64,000 nt of DNA from Dehalococcoidia bacterium (GTDB taxonomy: Bacteria > Chloroflexota > Dehalococcoidia > Bin125): positions 2,443,455 through 2,507,454 of the forward strand of contig OZ242037.1 in the NCBI GenBank assembly GCA_965205165.1, written 5' to 3'. This document shows, piece after piece, positions 57,604 through 64,000 of this stretch; position 1 is the first letter of the stretch; every line of letters starts with the position of its first letter. Below the pieces are notes generated by a model. It made no database searches and was not told the DNA's origin. It saw nothing but the letters and a program-made list of their open reading frames with translations. The translations under genes were made by a program, and so were the position numbers.

Positions 57604-58848
57604 CTACTCCCCGAACTCCGCCGCTACCGCGTCGAACGCCTCGTCCGTCGCTTCCAGCGTCCGCGCCATGTCCTCCTCCGTCAGCGCCGTCGACAGGAAC
57701 CCATTGTGCCACGGGTGGATGTACACGCCCCGCGCCGCCGCCTCCGCGCTGAACCGCGACCCCCGCGGCAGCCCCTCCGCCCTCGTGTCGCCGTCGAACA
57801 GGATCATCGGAATCTGCACCGGCCCCGTCTGCCGCAGCCCCAGCCCATGGCTTGCCGCCTGTTCCGCCAAGCCCTCCCGCAGCAGCCCGCCGATCCGCTC
57901 CAGATGCGAAATCCCGTCCGTCTCCTGCATCGTCGTGATCGTCGCGATCGCCGCCGCCATCGGCGCGCCCGCGAACCAGTACGAGCCCGTTGCCATGGTC
58001 TGCCCGACCGCCTCCTCCAGCGCGTCCGTCCCCAGCAGCGCGGAGATCGGATGCCCGTTCCCGATCGCCTTGCAGTACGCGCTCAAGTCCGGCGACACCC
58101 CCAGCGGCGCCCAGCTCCCGCGCATGTCCAGCCGGAACCCGCCCCGCACGTCGTCCAAAATCAGCACCGCACCGTGCGCGGTACACAAATCACGCACCCC
58201 CTCCGCGAACTCCCGCGTCGGCAGCTCCTGATCCTCGAACACGTCGTGCTTGAACGCCGACACGATCAGCCCCGCCGCATCACCATCGGCCTCCTCGAAC
58301 GCCGCCCGCACCGACGCCAAGTCGTTGTACTCGTACTCCACGGTCCCCGGCGCCTTCGACCCCCGCTCCCGCCCCATCCACGCCGGCGATGCCCCGTGGT
58401 ACGCCTCCCGTGCGCGCAGAATCGTCCCGCGCCCCGTCGCCGTCCGCGCCACCGACGCCGCGTACACCGTCGCGTCCGTCCCGTTCTTCGCGAACCACGC
58501 CCAATCCGCCCACGGCGTGATCCCCACCAGCAGCTCCGCCAGCTCCACCATCTTCGCCGTCGGACCGTTGAACCCGTCTCCGATCCCCTGCTGCTCCGCC
58601 GCCGCAGCCTCCACCGTCGGATGCCGGTGCCCCAGCAGAATCGGCCCGTACGAGCACAGGTAATCGATGTACTCGTTCCCGTCCACGTCCCAGATCCGCG
58701 CCCCATCCCCCCGCTCGAAGAACTGCGGAAACCCCTCCGGCAGCAGCCCCGCATTCTGATGCCCGTACATCCCTCCCGGAATCACCGCCGCCGCCCGCTC
58801 CCGCAGCTCCCCATCCACCCGCAACTTCCGCTCGTTCTCCTGCGCCAT
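57604..58848 (-). CDS. class III aminotransferase, glutamate-1-semialdehyde 2,1-aminomutase-like
   Basis: N-term RAAAVIPGGMYGHQ, PLP-fold III core; 414 aa. Confidence 0.82.
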   Translation of the reverse strand: MAQENERKLRVDGELRERAAAVIPGGMYGHQNAGLLPEGFPQFFERGDGARIWDVDGNEYIDYLCSYGPILLGHRHPTVEAAAAEQQGIGDGFNGPTAKMVELAELLVGITPWADWAWFAKNGTDATVYAASVARTATGRGTILRAREAYHGASPAWMGRERGSKAPGTVEYEYNDLASVRAAFEEADGDAAGLIVSAFKHDVFEDQELPTREFAEGVRDLCTAHGAVLILDDVRGGFRLDMRGSWAPLGVSPDLSAYCKAIGNGHPISALLGTDALEEAVGQTMATGSYWFAGAPMAAAIATITTMQETDGISHLERIGGLLREGLAEQAASHGLGLRQTGPVQIPMILFDGDTRAEGLPRGSRFSAEAAARGVYIHPWHNGFLSTALTEEDMARTLEATDEAFDAVAAEFGE

Positions 58849-58958
58849 GACAGCCCTCCGTTCCTTCCGCAGTCTAGGGACTGCTCAGCCGCTCCTGGGC
58901 CAAGCGCTGGACTCCACGCCGGCCGGCGCTTACCTTGCCGCAGCGGAAGGGGGCGGCA

Positions 58959-60095
58959 ATGGGCGGGAAGGCGCTAATCAGGCGGGCCGCGGGGCTGCTG
59001 GCCGCGGGCGTGTTGTTCGCCGCAGCGGCGACGGGCGTCTCCGCGGATGGAGGGGATGAAGAGGCCGCGGCTGAGGCCGCCCTGCAGCCGACGCAGGTGG
59101 TGGCGGAGATCCCCGACGGATACGGCGATCTCTTCCCGCTGGAATGGGGAGGAGGATCCCTCTTGCACCTCAAAGGACGACTCGCGACAATGGGTTGCAT
59201 TGCAGACACCATATGGGTGTACGACAACAATCAATGGCATCCATACAATCAATACCAAGTGCCTCACACGCTTGACATAATTCAAAGCTTCAAAAATCAA
59301 TACTCAGATTACATCCCTCCCACAACCATATATGCAGATTGCACAAACATCTGCGAATTCAACAACAACCGATGCATTCCTTTTCACGAGATGAGGGAAC
59401 AAAACAACAACTATGAAAACAGCTCTTTATTTATTGTTCCTCTCTCAGAAAACGACTCCTGCACCAGAAACTTCAACCCCAAAGTAACCACCCAAGTTCT
59501 CCCAACTCTTCCCGCCAGACCAGATGCCTGCATCGTAACCAAACAACGCATAAGCGGAAGAGGAATCAGAGGCGTTGCTCCCGGTCTTCCCGTTAACACA
59601 AATCCCTTTTTTGTGGTCTACGACGAATCCACCGCGTATCGCACCCCAACTGAACACTCAGACATTCTTCTTACAAGCGAAATCCACGAACTGTGTCACA
59701 TCAACCAAAATTGGCACTGGGTTCAACAACTCACGCACAATGCGTCCATCCAATACAAACCTCTTACTTACTTCTACGCCTCCCCCCACGGACAAACCTT
59801 CATACATATGGTAGGATACCAACGCAACAACGGCGGAACCTGGCTTCTTCCTCAAAACAGCGTGTACCGAGATATTTACTCAAAAGAACCAACTGAACTT
59901 GCGGCAGAACTCTGTTCAATGTATTTACTGGACAGAATGGGAGAACGAAGTAATTATGATTATGAAAAGTATAATTATGATGGAGTATATTATGAAGAAA
60001 TCCCTATTCGCAATACCAACCTCAGCAAATACCTCACCCCAGACATAACAGAATGGCTTGAAACCCATATGATCCTGCCGGAGATCGCCGATTAG
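58959..60095 (+). CDS. secreted Cys/Asn-rich protein with HExxH(x5)H zincin-like motif; C-terminal ~300 aa encoded by AT-rich foreign-looking DNA
   Basis: ATG 58959 after GGAAGGGGG RBS; signal peptide MGGKALIRRAAGLLAAGVLFAAAATGVSA; HELCHINQNWH at nt 59685-59717; ≥8 Cys; the listed ORF begins at TTG 58935. Confidence 0.72.
   Translation: MGGKALIRRAAGLLAAGVLFAAAATGVSADGGDEEAAAEAALQPTQVVAEIPDGYGDLFPLEWGGGSLLHLKGRLATMGCIADTIWVYDNNQWHPYNQYQVPHTLDIIQSFKNQYSDYIPPTTIYADCTNICEFNNNRCIPFHEMREQNNNYENSSLFIVPLSENDSCTRNFNPKVTTQVLPTLPARPDACIVTKQRISGRGIRGVAPGLPVNTNPFFVVYDESTAYRTPTEHSDILLTSEIHELCHINQNWHWVQQLTHNASIQYKPLTYFYASPHGQTFIHMVGYQRNNGGTWLLPQNSVYRDIYSKEPTELAAELCSMYLLDRMGERSNYDYEKYNYDGVYYEEIPIRNTNLSKYLTPDITEWLETHMILPEIAD
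59170..60075. other. compositionally anomalous AT-rich segment (~40% GC vs ~70% flanks) lying entirely inside one ORF and in frame at both junctions
   Basis: Sampled 60-nt stretches gave ~35% and ~45% GC by manual count; codon usage switches to AAT/AAA/TAT-rich; sharp transitions at ~59165 and ~60075. Confidence 0.8.
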
Positions 60096-60168
60096 CGGCT
60101 CCCGCCGCCTCAGGTCCGCGGTGTTGGTGACAGTACCGCCCTGAGCGCACTACGGCTAACCTCCCCGA

Positions 60169-62010
60169 ATGTCCCGTCTTCCAACGGCTGCCCCCGCCGA
60201 TGACCAGCGCCCGCTCGGCATGGACCTCCCGCGCCGGGCCAAGGCGCTCATTCTCGCCGGCTCGATGCTGGCCATGTTCATGTCCGCGCTCGAACAGAGC
60301 ATCGTCGGGCCCGCGCTCCCGCGCATCGTCTCCGACCTCGGCGGGCTCGACCTCTACCCCTGGCTCCTGCAGGCCTACATCACCGCGCAGATCGTCGCCA
60401 TCCCCGTCGCCGCGCGCCTCAGCGACCGCGCCGGGCGCAAGCGCGTCCTCGTCGCCGGCCTGCTCATTTTCCTCGCCGGCTCCGCGGCCTGCGGCGCTGC
60501 TCCGGGCATCTACTCCCTGATCGCCTTCCGCGCCGTGCAGGGCGCCGGCGCGGGCATCCTCGCCACGCTCTCCTTCGCCGTCGTCGGCGACCTCTTCCCG
60601 CCCGCCGAGCGCGGACGCTACATCGGGCTCTTCGGCGGCGTTTTCGCCCTCTCCAGCCTGATCGGCGCGCCGCTCGGCGGCGTCCTCACCGAGTTCGCCG
60701 GCTGGCGCTGGGTCTTTTGGGCGATGCTCCCCGCCGGCTTCGCCGCCGCCGCCCTGATCGCCCTGCGCATGCCCGCCCTCAAGCCGCGCGTGAGCGCCGC
60801 CCTCCGCTTCGACTACCTCGGCCTGATCGCGATGGCCGGCTTCCTCCTCCCCGTCATGTTCGCGCTCTCCCTCGCCGGCCCGCTCGGCTGGGCCTCCCCG
60901 CCCGTGCTCGCCCTGTTCCTCGTCTCCGCCGCCTCCCTCGCGCTCTTCATCGCCGTCGAGCGCCGCGCCGCCGAGCCCATCGTCCCCTTCCACCTCTTCC
61001 GCATCCGCAACGTCGCGGTCACCGCCGTTTCCATGCTCGTCATCGGCCTCGGCATGTTCGGCTCCATGATCTACCTGCAATTCTTCCTCCAGGTCGGCCT
61101 CGGCGCCGACGCCACCACGGCCGGCGCGGTGATGGGGCCGATGGTGATCTTCGTGGTCGTCTTCTCCGTCATCGCCGGCCAGATCATGTCACGCACCGGC
61201 CGCTACAAGTTCATCGCCGTCATCGGCGCGATCCTCATGCTCGCCGGCATGCTCCTGCTCGCCGCCATGTCCCGCCACACGCCCGTCCCCGCCGTGCTGC
61301 TCCGCCTCGGCCTCTTCGGCGCGGGCATGGGCATGCTGATGCCGGTCCTCACGCTCGGCGCGCAGAACGCCGCGCCCCAGCGCTACCTCGGCACCATCTC
61401 CGGCTTCACCCAGTTCTTCCAGCTCGCCGGCGGAGCGGTCGGCATCGGCGTGATCGGCGCGCTCTTCAACTCCCGCCTCGCCGCCGGCCTCCAGTCCCGC
61501 CTCGACCCCGCCGCGGCCGCTCTCATCCGCCCCGAGAAACTCGTCGACCCGATCTTCCGCGACAACCTCCTCGCCGACCTCGGCCCCGAAGCCTGGGCCG
61601 CCGCCGAACCCCAGGTCCAAGCCGCCGTCGCCGACGCGGCCACGGCCAACTTCCTGCTCGGCGCGGCCATCCTCGTCGTCGCCCTCCTCGCCGTCCTCTG
61701 GATCCGCGAACTCCCCCTCCGCACCGGCAATGAAGGCGCAGCCGCCGCGCCCGCTCCTCCCCCGCCGCGCCTCGACCGGCCGAATCAGCCGCCCGCCCCG
61801 CCCATGCCTCTTCCGAACGCCGCAGCGCCCGCGACCGCCCCCTTCGCCGCCGTCGCCCTGCAAGCCGCCCCCCGCTCGCCTCCGCGAATCGACCGCCCTC
61901 GCGCGTCCTCTCCGTCCCGCGCCCTCGCCGCCGTCCTGCTCGCCGCCGGCGCGGGCGTCGCGATCGCCCTCGCCTTCCCCGGGCTGCCGACCCTCCGCCC
62001 GCGCCGATGA
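60169..62010 (+). CDS. MFS transporter, 14-TMS drug:H+ antiporter (DHA2/EmrB-QacA-like) with Pro/Ala-rich C-terminal tail
   Basis: MFS motif A-like RLSDRAGRKRVL, 14 predicted helices; ~110-aa low-complexity PAPPPP tail plus a final hydrophobic segment. Confidence 0.86.
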   Translation: MSRLPTAAPADDQRPLGMDLPRRAKALILAGSMLAMFMSALEQSIVGPALPRIVSDLGGLDLYPWLLQAYITAQIVAIPVAARLSDRAGRKRVLVAGLLIFLAGSAACGAAPGIYSLIAFRAVQGAGAGILATLSFAVVGDLFPPAERGRYIGLFGGVFALSSLIGAPLGGVLTEFAGWRWVFWAMLPAGFAAAALIALRMPALKPRVSAALRFDYLGLIAMAGFLLPVMFALSLAGPLGWASPPVLALFLVSAASLALFIAVERRAAEPIVPFHLFRIRNVAVTAVSMLVIGLGMFGSMIYLQFFLQVGLGADATTAGAVMGPMVIFVVVFSVIAGQIMSRTGRYKFIAVIGAILMLAGMLLLAAMSRHTPVPAVLLRLGLFGAGMGMLMPVLTLGAQNAAPQRYLGTISGFTQFFQLAGGAVGIGVIGALFNSRLAAGLQSRLDPAAAALIRPEKLVDPIFRDNLLADLGPEAWAAAEPQVQAAVADAATANFLLGAAILVVALLAVLWIRELPLRTGNEGAAAAPAPPPPRLDRPNQPPAPPMPLPNAAAPATAPFAAVALQAAPRSPPRIDRPRASSPSRALAAVLLAAGAGVAIALAFPGLPTLRPRR

Positions 62011-62012
62011 CG

Positions 62013-62034
62013 ATATTTCGCGGATGCGAAATAT
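62013..62034. promoter_or_regulatory. AT-rich perfect palindrome ATATTTCGC-ggat-GCGAAATAT between MFS gene and CoA-transferase gene
   Basis: 9-bp arms, 4-nt spacer, begins 3 nt after MFS stop and ends 65 nt before CoA-transferase ATG; no T-tract follows, so operator-like rather than terminator-like. Confidence 0.4.
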
Positions 62035-62098
62035 TCGCCTCGCCCGCTAGCATAGCGATCCGCGCACGCGCGTGTCGGCAGCGCGACGGGAGCAGCCA

Positions 62099-64000
62099 AT
62101 GCCGGGACCCTTGGACGGACTCCAAGTCCTCGACCTCTCCCGCAATGTCGCCGGTCCCTACGCGACCAAGCTGCTCGCCGACTACGGCGCGCGCGTGATC
62201 AAGGTCGAGCCGCGCGGCGGCGACCCCGCCCGCGCCTTCGGCCCCTTCCCCGACGGCAAGCCCGATCCCGAAGCCTCCGGCCTCTTCCTCCACCTCAACA
62301 CCAGCAAGCAGTCCGTCGTCCTCGACGCGCACACCGACGACGGCGCGGCCACCGTCCGCCGCCTCGCCTCCCAAGTCCACGTCGTCGTCGAAGACCTCGC
62401 CCCGGGCGAAGCCGCGCGCTACGGCTGGGGCTGGGACCAGCTCCGCGCCATCAACCCCTCGCTCATCCTCTGCTCCATCACCCCATTCGGGCAGGAAGGC
62501 CCCTACGCGCCCTACCGCGGCTCCGAACTCGCCCTCCAAGCCATCGGCGGCCCGCTCCACGCCACCGGCAACGCCGCCCGCGAACCCCTCAAGCTCGCCG
62601 GCCACTACGCCGCCTACCACGCCGGCGCGACCGCCGCGCTCGCCATCCTGCTCGCCCTCCGCCGCTCAGAATCAGCCTCCGGCGCCGCTCATGCCCGAGC
62701 CGCCGGCGACTGGCTCGACATCTCCATCTACCGCTGCCAAGCCGGTTGCCGCGACCGCCGCACCATCCAGCTCACCAGCGCGGCCTACTCCGGCATCAAC
62801 CCCGGCCGCGCCGTCAAGGGCGGGCGCCGCGTCGGCTTCGGCATCTACCCCTGCGCCGACGGACACGTCAACATCATGGGCGCGGGCACCCGCCTCCCGC
62901 GCCTGCTCAAATGGATCGGCGCAAAATCCCTCCTCGACCAGCTCGACGCCGACGGCCTCCCGCCCGGCGGCCCCGAATTCGGCGACCAAGTCGACCAAGC
63001 CGTCGAAGACTTCCTCTCCGACATCGCCAAACTCGACGCCGTCGCCCGCGCCCAAGACGCCGGCCTCCTCGCCGGCGCGGTCATGACCGTCCCCGACATT
63101 TTCCAAGACCCCCAGCTCCTCGCCCGCGACTGGTGGCATGAAATCACCCACTGGCACGGCGCTCCCCTCCGCTACCCCGGCCTCCCCTTCCGCTTCTCCG
63201 ACTCCGCCTCAGATCCGCCCAAGCGCTCCCCTCGCCTCGGCGAACACGCCCGCGTCGTCCTCGACTTCGCGCCGCCCGACGCCGACGAACGCGCCCCGGC
63301 GCCCGAACCCGATCCGGACCCGCCCAACCTCCCGCTCCCGCTCCAGGGCATCCGCGTCGCCGCCGTCACCGTCGTCTGGGCCGGCCCGCACGTCGCCCAG
63401 CTGCTCGCCGAATGGGGCGCGGACGTCGTCAACGTCGAACCCGTCAACCGCATCCAGCCCTACACCCGCGGCGCCGAAAGCGCCCCCACGACCGCACAAA
63501 TTCACCGCTACGCCGAACGCGGCATCCAGCCCCAATACCCCGACTCCGACCCAGGCCCGGATCCTTGGAACCGCTTCGCCTCCTTCAACTCCCACGCCCG
63601 CAACAAGCGCTCCATGACCTGCGACATCATGTCCCCCGAAGGCCGCGAGGCTTTCCTCAAGCTGATCGAACACTGCGACGTCCTCGTCGAAAACAACGTC
63701 CCCACCACCATCGACAAGGCCGGCATCGCCTACGAACAGCTCCGCGAAATCAACCCCCGCCTGATCATGCTCCGCATGCCCGCCTTCGGACTGCAAGGCC
63801 CCTACTCCGGCTTCCGAGCCTTCGGCCTCCACGTCGAAGCCATGGTCGGCCACACCCACCTCCGCGGCTACCCCGACATGGGCCCCGACGAAATCGGCGA
63901 AACGCTCGCCTCCGACGGCATCTCCGGCGTCCAAGGCGCGGTCGCCGTCCTCATGGCCCTCCGCCACCGCGAACGCACCGGCCAAGGCCAAATGATCGAA
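62099..64000 (+). CDS. family III CoA-transferase (CaiB/BaiF-like), tandem two-domain fusion; 3' end beyond window
   Basis: Hand translation from ATG 62099 is open to nt 64000; domain 1 opens LDGLQVLDLSRNVAGPYATKLLADYGARVIKVEP, after a Pro/Asp linker (~63290-63340) domain 2 opens LQGIRVAAVTVVWAGPHVAQLLAEWGADVVNVEP. Confidence 0.82.
   Translation, partial: MPGPLDGLQVLDLSRNVAGPYATKLLADYGARVIKVEPRGGDPARAFGPFPDGKPDPEASGLFLHLNTSKQSVVLDAHTDDGAATVRRLASQVHVVVEDLAPGEAARYGWGWDQLRAINPSLILCSITPFGQEGPYAPYRGSELALQAIGGPLHATGNAAREPLKLAGHYAAYHAGATAALAILLALRRSESASGAAHARAAGDWLDISIYRCQAGCRDRRTIQLTSAAYSGINPGRAVKGGRRVGFGIYPCADGHVNIMGAGTRLPRLLKWIGAKSLLDQLDADGLPPGGPEFGDQVDQAVEDFLSDIAKLDAVARAQDAGLLAGAVMTVPDIFQDPQLLARDWWHEITHWHGAPLRYPGLPFRFSDSASDPPKRSPRLGEHARVVLDFAPPDADERAPAPEPDPDPPNLPLPLQGIRVAAVTVVWAGPHVAQLLAEWGADVVNVEPVNRIQPYTRGAESAPTTAQIHRYAERGIQPQYPDSDPGPDPWNRFASFNSHARNKRSMTCDIMSPEGREAFLKLIEHCDVLVENNVPTTIDKAGIAYEQLREINPRLIMLRMPAFGLQGPYSGFRAFGLHVEAMVGHTHLRGYPDMGPDEIGETLASDGISGVQGAVAVLMALRHRERTGQGQMIE

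Noticed and set aside
58935-58958. TTG at 58935 as start of the secreted HExxH protein
   Set aside because: The downstream ATG at 58959 has a strong purine-rich RBS and yields a canonical signal peptide starting MGGKALIRR. The upstream 8 codons (ending ...KGAA) precede the signal peptide and are probably not translated.
51558-62058. Shared 13-mer AGCATAGCGATCC upstream of cuAO2 (51558) and upstream of the CoA-transferase gene (62046)
   Set aside because: A single 13-mer coincidence is expected by chance within a 64-kb window searched on both strands. Orientation relative to the two genes is opposite. No further shared context.

Overview
This 64-kb window is very GC-rich (about 70% GC by eye), densely coding chromosomal DNA. 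I saw no rRNA or tRNA genes, no CRISPR array, and no transposase or integrase. It probably comes from an actinobacterial or Chloroflexota-type genome; the taxonomy is inference only.

The first ~29 kb is a conserved housekeeping core. It contains tyrS, ribF, scpA, leuS, purE, def, cca, yajC, secD, secF, selB, qor, hemW and aspS. It also contains an Opp/Dpp-type ABC importer with no ATPase genes, tig-clpP-clpX, and tlyA-nadK-recN followed by a GNAT gene.

The remaining ~35 kb looks more accessory. It contains the following, in order:
- an RCC1-repeat lipoprotein gene broken by a homopolymer frameshift;
- a NUDIX hydrolase;
- an SdhA/SdhB/CCG-domain succinate dehydrogenase;
- a second ATPase-less Opp/Dpp locus;
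- ybaK and panE;
- a penicillin-amidase-family hydrolase;
- a minus-strand cluster of two tandem copper amine oxidases, a diaminobutyrate-type aminotransferase and two paralogous periplasmic-binding-fold proteins;
- a Schlafen-like AlbA_2/HATPase_c_4/HTH gene flanked on both sides by a degenerate ~30-bp repeat built from CTGCAA-type heptamers;
- thiolase and an amidohydrolase;
- two tandem Uma2-family endonuclease paralogs;
- a GSA-aminomutase-like aminotransferase;
- a secreted Cys-rich protein with an HExxH...H motif, whose C-terminal ~300 aa are encoded by an in-frame AT-rich (about 40% GC) segment that is almost certainly foreign;
- a 14-TMS MFS transporter;
- an internally duplicated (tandem two-domain) family-III CoA-transferase that runs off the window end.

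Many long ORFs in the six-frame track are antisense artefacts of the high GC content and were ignored.
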